A stretch of DNA of 64,000 nucleotides. Source: Tetramitus jugosus (Eukaryota > Protista > Heterolobosea). Made by a program: the position numbers and the translations under genes. Position 1 is the first letter of the stretch. Every line of letters begins with the position of its first letter. The stretch is from contig OW569356.1 of the NCBI GenBank assembly GCA_937625935.1, positions 124,001 through 188,000 of the forward strand, read 5' to 3'. The notes beneath the pieces are model-generated. The model was not told where the DNA came from. It saw only the letters and a list, made by a program, of their open reading frames with translations, and did no database searches. Positions 22,549 through 32,747 of the stretch are shown in pieces.

Positions 22549-23880
22549 ATGACAGATAAAAATCCACTCTCCTTTGGAAATGACAACAAGAGCTCGACCA
22601 AAGATTGGTCACCCATGAGTGATGTTGAGAAAGAGAGAAGAAACTGGCTCATCCACACTCTGTTCACTCGTCAAGATTTTGAGGAGTGTCTAAAAGTTAT
22701 TGAACACCAGCTTTCCATGTGCCAAGGCCTATGTGAATACGCAATCTATGTCAAAGCTCTAATCAAGAGACACCACGGTGAGATCAATGAGAGCTTACAG
22801 TTGTTCCAAGCAGCAACAATGCTCAATCCCAACAACGTTCAAAATTTGAAGCAAGTAGGAAGAAGCTTGTTTCTGCTAGGAAAGCACACTGATGCTCTAG
22901 AGTTGTACGGTGAAGCCCAAAAACTCTCCTCCGAAGACTGGGATATTTGGTACAATAAGGGACTGTGTTTTCTCGGGATGAAACAGTTTGATGATGCAGA
23001 AGAGTGCTTTACGAGGTCAAACTCCATACAGAGACATGAATCAACATATATCCAGCTCGGAAAAGTATACACGAGCCAAGAAAAGTATCAAGAGGCTATT
23101 GATATTCACCTGGAAGCATTAGAGTAAGTAACTCGTTCTGACTTTCTGGTTCAATGTATGTACTAACTCATACCCCTTCGAAGATATTCACCAGATAACC
23201 CAGAACTATTGACCACCATTGGTCTATTGTACCTGAGAGTAGGAGATAACATGAGAGCATTTGATTATCTAGGGAACTCGTTGACTCACGATCCAAAGAA
23301 TCCAAAAACAATTCTAGCAACTGGAAGTATTATACAAGATCATAACGAAATGGATGTTGCCCTGAGTAAATATCGAATTGCAGCTGTACATACACCAAAC
23401 AGTGCTCAATTGTGGAATAATATTGGCATGTGTTTCTTTGGGAAGCAGAACCATGTCGCAGCCATTGCTTGTTTAAAACGAGCACTCTATCTCGCTCCAT
23501 TCGAATGGATTATCGCATACAACTTGGGCCTCGTGCACTTGAACACTGGCCAATATGCATCTGCTTTTCATTACTTCTCTGCCTCGATCAACCTCAAGCA
23601 CGACTTTGCCAGTTCATACATGTATCTGGCAATTACTCTGAGCAGACTGGACGATTTTGAGAATGCTTGTACTGCATACGAAAAAGCAATTGAAATGGAC
23701 AATGATCATCTCTTCGAGCTCAACTACGCTGTTACCTTGTACAATCATGATGAAATCGAAGCTGCGAGACACCATTACTCTCAATTCGAAGAAATGTTCA
23801 AACAATTGGACGAAGAGGAACAAAACAGTGATCCAACTATCCTCGAGATTAGACAACGACTTTCTGTTGCGTTAGCTTAA
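22549..23880 (+). CDS. BBS4: BBSome TPR subunit BBS4 (2 exons: 22549-23123, 23184-23880)
   Basis: RRNWLIH, CEYAIYVKALIKR, LKQVGRSLFLLGKH, LWNNIGMCFFGK, IAYNLGLVHL.TGQYASAFHY. GTAAG...TACTAAC...AAG intron. Confidence 0.95.
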
Positions 23881-23960
23881 CCGAAATGACGAACACCACC
23901 AACAGAAACAAGCATACTAAGCTTCAAATATTAGAAAAATAGAAAAAATAGGCATTTGTT

Positions 23961-24449
23961 TTACTTTGTGCTAAACTTCCACAGCAATGGCGACCATTGT
24001 CCCTGCACTGAAGGTGTATTCGTTAATTTTCCGGAACCAATCTTCTTGGCCTTGTTACCCCACATGTCCTTCATATGACTCAACTTTGTCAAAATTTCCT
24101 CCTCCGTCTTATTCTTGCAATCATGCACAAAAACTCTTCCGTTTTCTTTGGTGCGCACAGAAAAAAAAAATGTGAGCTTACACAACATGCATCAAACAAC
24201 AAAATGACAGTTGGGACAACAGTTCTGCAATTTGCATGTCCTTTGCGCAAACAACATACCATAGCGTGCTTTAATGTGTGGATGTCTTCCTCTGACCAAT
24301 TGAACATAGAATTGAGTGTCTGGTTGAGTCTCTGCGAATTTGGCAATTTCACCAGTGTTCACCAACTGTCTCATGGATCGGCTGCTTCCACCAATATCAC
24401 AAAAGTATATGGCAACGTTCTTTAATTGTCTTACTCCGTTCTTTGACAT
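23961..24449 (-). CDS. MRPL43: Mitochondrial ribosomal protein mL43 (2 exons: 24449-24260, 24145-23961)
   Basis: NGVRQLKNVAIYFCDIGGSSRSMR...RGRHPHIKARY|ENG...TPSVQGQW. Phase-1 GTATG...AAG intron. Confidence 0.88.
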
Positions 24450-24843
24450 TTTGTGTTCAATGTAGATGATGTGAATTTGTCTCGAGCAAAAAAAAAATGC
24501 GTGGGGAAAAAGAATCGGCGAAACTGGATAATTCTGCGAAAGAAAAAAAGCGGAGGGAGGAAATTTACGGGTCTGAACTTCAGCAAAAAGATTCAATTGA
24601 TTCGTTGCACCATGCTTCACACAGAACCATACGGAGAATATGGCAGCCTTCTTGAAGATTCGCCCACAGAATAGCAGGCTTGTGCTCCAGGGGAAGCTTC
24701 GGCAACTTTCACACAATACGAGTTGTTCCTCGAAGTAAAACGAGTAATCACACAAACGCATTCCCCAATTTTGTACTCGAGAGATTTGTCCAAACATCCA
24801 CCTTTCTTAGAGATTCCAATAACTACACACACACACAAAAACA

Positions 24844-26493
24844 ATGTCCACACAAGCTCTAACGATCGAAAACGTCAAGCAACACAACTCTAGCACTGAC
24901 TGCTATGTCATTGCACACAAGAAGGTCTACGACGCCACTGAATGCATCGCTAAGAAGATCAAGGGATTCGAAGCTATTGAATCAGCTGCTGGAACTGATG
25001 TCTCTGCTCTCTATGATCAATGGAATAAGAAGTTGAAGAAGGCTTTGGTTCTTTTGGGTGATTTGGTAGTGGAGGAAGAGTCTACTGAACAAAGCACCAC
25101 TGAAGTTGTTGTTCAAGAAGAAGAACAAGCTACAACTGTCACTGAAGAGGCACCAGTCGAAGAAGAAACCAAGCAAGAACAAGTATGTATTTTTTGTAAC
25201 CGTAAAATTGGCGCTATTTTTTTTTCGTTCGTTACTGTGTGAGAGCTGAAGCTAACGTCTGAATGTTCTCTCATAAAGGTCACACAAGAGTCTGTTGAAC
25301 AAACTACTCCTGCTGTTGAAGAAGAGGTTGCACCTCTAGCTGAAGAAGTCAAGGAAGAAGCTAAGCAAGAAGAAGAGCCAGAGAAGGCTGCTGAGGAGAC
25401 ACCTATCGAAGAAGAAAAGAAGACTGAAGAAGTTGTTGTTGTTGCTTCTGAAGAAGTCAAGTCTGAAGAGCAAGTCACACCTGCTCCTACTGAAGAGACT
25501 GTTGCTGAAGAAGAGACAAAGGAATCTACTCCTGCTGCTGAAGAAGAAGAGACCAAGCAAGAAGAGCAAGTAGCTGCTGTTCAAGTTGTTGAAGAAGCTG
25601 TTGAAGTTCAAGTTGTCGAAGAAGCTGTTGAAGAAACAAAGCAAGAAGAAGCTACACCTGCTGTTGAAGAAGCTGCACCTGCAACTGAAGAAGTAAAGGA
25701 AGAAGTTGTTGTTGAAGAGAAGAAGCAAGAAGAAGAACAACAACAAGAAGTTGTTGTTGTTGTTGAGGAGAAGAAGCAAGAGGAAGCACCTGTTGAGGAA
25801 GAGAAGAAGACTGAAGAAGTTGAACCAGTCGTCGATGAAAAGATTGAAGTTGTTGCTGCTCCAGTTGAAGTTGTTGTTCCAGTTGTTGTTGAAGAAGTCG
25901 TTGCTCAAACTGAAGAGAAGACCGAAGAAGTTGTCACTCAAACTGAGGAGCAAGCTCCAGTTGTTGAAGAGAAGTCAGCAACAGAAGAAGTTGCACCAGT
26001 TCAACAAGAGCAAACAGCCACCGAAACTGAACAAAAGACTGAAGCTGCACCTGTCGAAGAACAAAAGGTTGAAGAACAAGCCGCTCCAGTTGAAGAACAA
26101 AAGACTGAAGAAGTTGTTACACCTGCTGTTGAGGCAACACCTGCTGTTGAAGCTACAAAGGAAGTCGTCGAAGTTGAAACAAAGGTTGAGGAAACCACCG
26201 CCAGCCAACCAGCTGAGGAGACCAAGACCGAGGAAGCAGCTCCAGTTCAACAAGAAGCAACTCCAGTTGTTGAAGAACAAAAGCCATCAGAAGAAGTTAA
26301 GACCGAAGAAACCGCAACGACTCAACCTGCTGAAGAAACCAAACCAGTTGAAACCGCAGAAGTTAAGACTGAAGAAGCAACACCAGCAGCTCAACCAGCA
26401 GAGGAAGTCAAGACGGAAGCTGCACCAGCCCAACAAGCAGAACCAGAAACTCCAAAGACCCCTGCAAAGAAAAAGACTTGCATCGTTATGTAA
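24844..26493 (+). CDS. Cytochrome-b5-like domain + ~430-aa Glu/Val/Thr/Pro-rich low-complexity region + polybasic CaaX tail (2 exons: 24844-25182, 25279-26493; 517 aa)
   Basis: LTIENVKQHNSSTDCYVIAHKKVYDAT...AGTDVS...LLGDL is b5-like. Intron 25183-25278 is GTATG...CTAAC...AAG. Exon 2 is an open GAA/GTT-rich frame absent from the ORF track, ending PAKKKTCIVM-TAA. Confidence 0.85.
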
Positions 26494-26523
26494 AAAGCAT
26501 AAAGTTAATTATTTTATAAACAT

Positions 26524-28026
26524 TTAGTTGATAACACGTCTCTTGGACATTTGACTGACAGATGCTTTCAAATCTCTCACTTGAACCTCATCTCTTCTGT
26601 GAATGAGTCTGTATGGTCGTTCATTCTCTCCCAAGTAAACTTGTCTAGGTCTGTAGATCTTGGTATCTGGGTCATCGAGAGATTCAACCCAGTGAGCCAA
26701 CCATCCAGCTGCTCTAGGGATACAGAACAAGACAGGGAACATGTCCGTTGGGAATCCCATGGCCTTATAGATCAATCCAGTGTAGAAATCAATATTGGGA
26801 TACAGTTCTCTCTCCTTAAAGTATGGATCACTCAATGCAATTTTCTCGAGTTCAATAGCAACCTCGATCAAAGGTTCCTTCTCCAAAACAGCAAACACCT
26901 CATCGGCGAGCTTTCGGGCAATCTTGGCTCTTGGATCATAACTCTTGTAGATTCTGTGTCCAAAGCCCATGAGCTTCTTCTCACGTTTCTTCACTTGCTC
27001 CACAAACTTTGGCACATTCTCAATGGATCCAATCTCCTCCAACATGTCCAAAACAGCTTCACAAGCACCACCGTGCAATGGACCATACAGTGCACCAGCA
27101 GCACCAGCCATGGCAGTGTATGGATCAACCTTGGATGATGACAAGTGTCTCATGGCAGCAGTGCTGCAATTCAACTCGTGATCCGCATGTAGAATAAACA
27201 ACTTGTCCAGTGCTCTGCTCAGAACAGGATGAGGACGATATTGATATTCACTCAACTTGTCCAACATGTACAAAAAGTTTTCAGTGTACTTGAGTTCACT
27301 CTGTGGTTGATTGTATGGCTTTCCGATGCGATGACGATAAGCACAGGCAGCAATCGTTGGCAACTTGCCCAAAATACGATAAATTTGCTTGTTTCTCAGA
27401 GCTTCACCACCTCCCTTCTTGATATCAAACAAATCAGCACCGTTCAGAGCAGGATTACTCTGTGGATAGAATGTGGACAGTGCAGAAAGAGTGCTAATGA
27501 CCATACCCATAGGGTGAGCATCATAACGGAATTGCTTCAATAGCTCATTCAAGTTCTCATGCAAGTAAGAGTGCTTCATGATGCGATCTTCCCACCCATC
27601 CAACTGTCTCTGAGATGGCAATTCACCATTGATGAGCAAGAAGCTCACTTCCATAAAGTTGCTCTTTTCTGCTAGCTCTTCAATGTTGTAGCCACGGTAT
27701 CGTAAAATACCCTTGGCCCCATCAATGTAGCAAATCTTGCTCTTTGCTACAGCAGTGTTCATGAAACCTGGGTCATAGATGCGAACTGGTCTCTGTAGCT
27801 GTAGGAGAGAAGTGGCGGGAATGGTGCCATTCTCAATAGGGATCTCAATCGTTTGTCCCGTGCGGGAATCTTTTACAATCAATTTTGGCGCCTGATTATT
27901 GGCGGGAGTTGTCTGAGCGGAGGTTTCATTTGCGGACAATTGTGAAACGACATCAGAAGGGGAGGCAGCAGTGGTGGGGTTGAGGTGATTGTATAGTACA
28001 GAGAGACGTTGTTGCTCTTTATTCAT
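26524..28026 (-). CDS. Citrate synthase, peroxisomal/glyoxysomal type (PTS2)
   Basis: ILHADHELNCST, LYGPLHGGA, LMGFGHRIYKSYDPRA, YPNIDFY. N-terminal RLSVLYNHL fits PTS2 R-L-x5-H-L. Confidence 0.95.
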   Translation of the reverse strand: MNKEQQRLSVLYNHLNPTTAASPSDVVSQLSANETSAQTTPANNQAPKLIVKDSRTGQTIEIPIENGTIPATSLLQLQRPVRIYDPGFMNTAVAKSKICYIDGAKGILRYRGYNIEELAEKSNFMEVSFLLINGELPSQRQLDGWEDRIMKHSYLHENLNELLKQFRYDAHPMGMVISTLSALSTFYPQSNPALNGADLFDIKKGGGEALRNKQIYRILGKLPTIAACAYRHRIGKPYNQPQSELKYTENFLYMLDKLSEYQYRPHPVLSRALDKLFILHADHELNCSTAAMRHLSSSKVDPYTAMAGAAGALYGPLHGGACEAVLDMLEEIGSIENVPKFVEQVKKREKKLMGFGHRIYKSYDPRAKIARKLADEVFAVLEKEPLIEVAIELEKIALSDPYFKERELYPNIDFYTGLIYKAMGFPTDMFPVLFCIPRAAGWLAHWVESLDDPDTKIYRPRQVYLGENERPYRLIHRRDEVQVRDLKASVSQMSKRRVIN

Positions 28027-28284
28027 TATGATTGTGTATGATGAATAGATAAATTTACAGAGAGAGTGTTGATGATTTGTTTGTTGTGGGTGAATATGAG
28101 GTCGTGTTTTTTCCTGGGTGGTCTGAATGGAAGGAGTGTTGATTGGGGAGGTTATTTTTGATTTATCTTGCAGAATTGTTCCGTGAAATTTTCCTTTGTT
28201 CCTCTGAAGTTGATAGACAAGGACATTTTGTTGGTCAACTGGATCATTGTGAAATGTCCTCGCTGTGAGATGCCGAATAATTTC

Positions 28285-29805
28285 TTAGTTGGTGGTCACG
28301 AGCACTAGATCAGAGAACCGATCTGAATCAACCATCGATCTCAAATTTAACTGAACGGCCAGAGTGGTGGGATTCTGGGGGATACTATCACACAAATCCA
28401 CTGTCGCAGCAATTGTTGATGCATGCCCTGAACTCACGAGCGCACATCTACCGTCAAGCGACACATTGGTTATTCCTTTGGCATTGTAGAGCACCACTCT
28501 ACCATCGACCGTCAGGACAGCAGAGTGATAGTATCCGCAAGAAAGATATGCAATTTGTCTCTCGTTCACAAATGATCTAACAACAGAATATGGGGACTGT
28601 GAGTTTTTAGCTGCCTCCACACCAACAATTAAAAGTCTACTTTGATCTTTTTCTGCATTTGAAAGATTTGATATCGAGTATGATGTACCATTTTCCAACA
28701 GTAGGAGAGTATTGTACACACCGGCGCTGATCTGATAGATGGGTTGAGTGAATGGCAGAGAAATCTCGAACGGTATCTCGTGCTTGATTCTGGAACGCGT
28801 AAGTTCTCCAAAAGCAAATAGGCGTTGTAATTTGCGGCCCCTTGGTTTCACCCAACAAATCGTGTGATAGTAACCAGATTCTATATCATCAATATCAATG
28901 TCTGATCCTAAATGATCAAAAGATACTTTTCCTGGTGCGGTCAGAGTTTGTTGAGACGGCATTCGACCACACTGATGGTACACATTTTTTCCACACGTCC
29001 AAACCTCACCAGTGTTCGTGAGGACAATAGTCTGATGACCACCAGCTTGAATTTTCTTCACTCGCCCTACAATGGTTGCATGCTCTGGTTGATCCCACTT
29101 GCACGGTTCTTCCAAATGTGCATAAGAGCTCGAAGCATTTTGAGAAAGAAAACCACATTCACCACTCTCTGTATTACCACACGTATACACACATCCTTCA
29201 TCGTCCAAAAACACGGAGTGATATCCACCACAGTTCACTTGCACAATTCGTACAACGTACTTTGCCGGCGATACAGTTTTCGGAGTCACTTCAACAACAA
29301 TTACAGCATCATTCCCATTTTCATTGGTTGTTTCCATCATCTCAGCCGTGCTTGTGCTCACTGCTGTCGTTGTTGTTGCCGTGCTCGTCTTGGTTGTCGT
29401 AGTTGACAAGGGAGAAAAAGCATTGACGAGTCTCGGCTGACTCACACTCACTTCATCTTGATGTATTTCTTCTCCTCCACCACTACTACTCTGAATTCCC
29501 TTGATACCCAATCGACCATGCTTATGAGATCCGATGGCATAAACTGAGCCATCACGCATCAGAATCATCGAATGAAACTCTCCAGACGAGATGGCACGAA
29601 TATAGTTTGTTCTCTTGTTTGGAAACAATTGTTGTTGACGCAACACTTCATCACTGTCATCTTGACGAGTCACAGTTGGATCGTAGTGCAATGGAGGAGG
29701 AACAGGGAGCCATGAAGCAAAGTTATCCTCAACAGAAGGGCTGCTGCTCTCAGAAGTGGACTGAAGTCTTTTCCTATTGGAGGCATCGATCGCATACAGA
29801 GGCAT
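28285..29805 (-). CDS. RCC1/BLIP-II repeat protein
   Basis: Repeats ISSGEFHSMIL..DGSVYAIG, VNCGGYHSVFL...GCVYTCG, IQAGGHQTIVLT..GEVWTCG, LSCGYYHSAVLT. Confidence 0.9.
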   Translation of the reverse strand: MPLYAIDASNRKRLQSTSESSSPSVEDNFASWLPVPPPLHYDPTVTRQDDSDEVLRQQQLFPNKRTNYIRAISSGEFHSMILMRDGSVYAIGSHKHGRLGIKGIQSSSGGGEEIHQDEVSVSQPRLVNAFSPLSTTTTKTSTATTTTAVSTSTAEMMETTNENGNDAVIVVEVTPKTVSPAKYVVRIVQVNCGGYHSVFLDDEGCVYTCGNTESGECGFLSQNASSSYAHLEEPCKWDQPEHATIVGRVKKIQAGGHQTIVLTNTGEVWTCGKNVYHQCGRMPSQQTLTAPGKVSFDHLGSDIDIDDIESGYYHTICWVKPRGRKLQRLFAFGELTRSRIKHEIPFEISLPFTQPIYQISAGVYNTLLLLENGTSYSISNLSNAEKDQSRLLIVGVEAAKNSQSPYSVVRSFVNERQIAYLSCGYYHSAVLTVDGRVVLYNAKGITNVSLDGRCALVSSGHASTIAATVDLCDSIPQNPTTLAVQLNLRSMVDSDRFSDLVLVTTN

Positions 29806-29996
29806 TTTACTTTTTTCTTTTTCTTCTCAACAAAAACCCAACAAAAAGCTTTTTCTCACCCAACGACGAATCCAGAGATCTGAGTTTCTTTTTTGTTGTT
29901 CCCGAAAAAACTTTTTCGTAAGAGAGGAACATTTTCGGAGAACTTGTGTCATAGCTTTAGTAAGAAAAAACAACCTTCCTGTTGTCACCGAGAAAC

Positions 29997-31388
29997 ATGC
30001 CAAGAGAATTTCATTTTGGACAGGAGGAAAGCTGTCATGATGATAATAAAACAGTGTATCACTTGAATGTGAGAGTCATGAAGGCCAACAAGCTCAGAAA
30101 TGCAGATTCTGGTTTGTTGGGCGACGTGAGTGATCCTTTTTGTGAATGTTGGTATGTCATAGTAGCACGATGATTCTATATTCAGGTTCTTGTTGTTTCG
30201 TATTGTTGTTTGTTGTTTGTTGTTGACCCTATAGTGGATCCTAGGATTGGTGGACTGGGATTACAAAAGAAGAGAACAAGAGTCGTTTCCAATAGCTTGA
30301 ATCCCGTGTGGAACGAGAGTTGGGATATAGAGTTGACAGAGCCAAGCGAGCGATTGATTGTGTTTCGTGTGCTAGACAAGGACACCACAACAAAGAATGA
30401 CTTGTTGGGTATTAGTGGACTAAGTTTGGCCTTGTTAAGTTTGCCTAAACAAACGCCAGTGTCCCATGAGCTGCCTCTGTTCTATAAAGGAAAGACGCAT
30501 GGTTCCATCTCGATTGAGTTGACTGCTCTGGATTTTGAGATGAATGGATCATTGGGTGACGATGATGATCATAAGAAGGAGGAAACAGATGTTGTTGATG
30601 ATAGTGCATTGAATAGTCCTGCAATTGACTTGTCCTCGTGGAGCAAGCTGTCTTCCAGTCGTTCCTTGAAGAGTATCTTGAGTCGAAAGATTACGGAGAA
30701 GGATGATGCCAAATTGAATTCTTTGTTCGAAGTGGAGTTGGTTGATGATGTGTATGACTCATTGGGAACAGGTGATATTCTTTTGCACTCTGGTAACGGA
30801 TCATTTAGTGCTGTGATTCAATTGGTATCGGGTTGCATGTGGAGTCACGTGAGTTTGCTCATTAGAGATCCCTCTGATGATATCAAGAGAGCATACAACG
30901 TACCAGAGGACACAGATGGTAACTTATTTGTGTTTGAGGCTGAAGCCAAAACATGGGACAACAAACAGGGTGGTGGGTTGCAGCTGGTCGAATTTCGAAA
31001 ATGGATGAGAGAGTATTACGAGAGAGATCCTAGGGACTTCATGGCTCTGAGAAGACTCGTTGTAGAGGGTGAGAACAGAACAGAAAGGATTCGACAATTG
31101 TCAGACGAACTAAAACAGTTTATTTTGCAGAGCACTACGACAAGGTACGAACAAAAACAGATCGATTTGATGAGATGTATCGTAAAGAGGAACAAGAAGT
31201 CTGATACATCCAGTTTCTTCTGTTCCGAAGTTGTGGCAGAGTGCTTCGTTCGAATGGGAATACTTCCAAAGAACACCATCTCCAGCAACTATTCACCCAA
31301 GGATTTTAGCTCAGGTGCAACAAGCTTAGCTACAGTTCTTCTTCAGGGCGCAAAATTCTCCACTGAAAAGAGAGTGAGGTTCAAGTGA
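29997..31388 (+). CDS. C2 domain + permuted papain-like NlpC/P60 (YiiX/YebB-like) domain protein (2 exons: 29997-30151, 30245-31388)
   Basis: C2 motifs LNVRVMKANKLRNAD...SDPFC...SLNPVWNE...VLDKD...NDLLG. Then GDILL...WSHVSL...FFCSEVVAECF...SPKDF, with His before Cys as in the permuted order. Phase-2 GTATG...TAG intron. Confidence 0.82.
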
Positions 31389-31609
31389 ATAGCTTTTTAT
31401 TGAATGGATCAAAATAAATCGCGATTTCTGTTTTTATTAACCCACACGTCTGAAAGCGATTGACCTGTCTTGATTGTCCTACAATCCGTGGATCAGATGT
31501 ATCTTTTGTCTTCAAATGAGCCTACGAACGTCAATGCCAAGCGTCACTCAAAGTCAACCGAAGAAACATATCACAACAAAAAACAAATTACTATTGACTC
31601 ACTTCTAAG

Positions 31610-32527
31610 ATGAACCATCGTCAGGACGATCCATCCTGGTATCATAGCAGTAATAGACAGATACCAGGAAATATTTCTCCTCTCTCTCATGTTCCTCCTG
31701 CCTTCCGCCGACAATTCCCAGCGGCTTCAAACAAGAAGAGCAGTCAACCCATTGAAATTTCAACCATTAACAAGACAAGTTCCAACTTCCTTGCTGGTGC
31801 CTTCAACCAAGAAGAGTTCTCTGACTTTCAAATCAAGTTCTCATCCAGTGGCAACACCCTATTCGTCCATCGAGTCATTCTCGCCAAGGGGAGTGAGTTT
31901 TTCGATGTATGTCTCCATTCTCAAATGAAGGAGTCTCTCGTTCAGACCATGGACATTGATGACACTTTAGAAGATGAAAAGTTGTTCACAGAGATGATTA
32001 AATCTTTGTACACTGGTAAGGTTGAGCTCAGTGAAACCTCTTCTCTTGTTCCCTTGTTAAAGATGGCTGGCAAGTATGGTATTGCATGCTTGGAGAAGGA
32101 GTTGGCCAATTATTTGCAGGATCATTTAACTGATGAAAATTTATTGTCGTGCTATACGTTAGACTCCTCTTCACTGAAGCTTCAAGAGTTGTTTCAGCGC
32201 GTGAGAAGTCGATTGAACTTTAAGGCTCAAGAATTGTTGTCATCCAACAAGATTGTGGAGCTCGATTACTTTGTCATTCATCAAATCTTGAGTGATATGT
32301 CTTCTCCAAGCTTGTTGAGTCTCTCATTGGATACTGTTGTACGTTGGATTGAGCATGATGAACACAATAGAGCTCAGTACACTTTCCCATTGACCAAGTT
32401 GATCAATGGGTTAACAAGAAGAAGCAGAAGAGATAGTTTTGGAGGTCAATCTGCCATTGATTTTTTGTCTTCAAAGGAGAAGAATGCAAGATCTTCTTCA
32501 AGAAGCAGAGGTAACTCCCACTGTTGA
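31610..32527 (+). CDS. BTB/POZ (+BACK-like) domain protein
   Basis: FNQEEFSDFQI...FVHRVILAKGSEFF...MKES...IKSLYTG, plus BACK-like VVRWIEHD...R. Confidence 0.9.
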   Translation: MNHRQDDPSWYHSSNRQIPGNISPLSHVPPAFRRQFPAASNKKSSQPIEISTINKTSSNFLAGAFNQEEFSDFQIKFSSSGNTLFVHRVILAKGSEFFDVCLHSQMKESLVQTMDIDDTLEDEKLFTEMIKSLYTGKVELSETSSLVPLLKMAGKYGIACLEKELANYLQDHLTDENLLSCYTLDSSSLKLQELFQRVRSRLNFKAQELLSSNKIVELDYFVIHQILSDMSSPSLLSLSLDTVVRWIEHDEHNRAQYTFPLTKLINGLTRRSRRDSFGGQSAIDFLSSKEKNARSSSRSRGNSHC

Positions 32528-32747
32528 GTGCGGGACTGTTCTGGACGTCCGTAAATCTAGTACTAGTTTTTCCTAAAATAAACGTCTCATTTTTCATTGT
32601 TCTTGATGTTGTCGAAAATAGATTATGGTATCCTCTCTCAGAACAAGGAGGTTGTGGTGGTTGACAAGTAGCTTTGGGTGTGCCCAAGAAAAGAAAGAAG
32701 ATATTTGTATTGTTTGTCACATTAACTACTTCAGTACTCGAGATAAT

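Noticed and set aside
23101-23192. 10-bp direct repeat GATATTCACC around the BBS4 intron as a TSD
   Set aside because: The copies lie essentially within conserved coding sequence, the left one does not abut the donor, and the intron has no inverted ends.
25706-26527. 273-aa K/L/Q-rich ORF in the track, and the overlapping minus-strand F/L-rich ORFs
   Set aside because: Off-frame readings of the Glu-rich exon 2 of the b5-CaaX gene. The spliced frame ends in CIVM-TAA at 26493.
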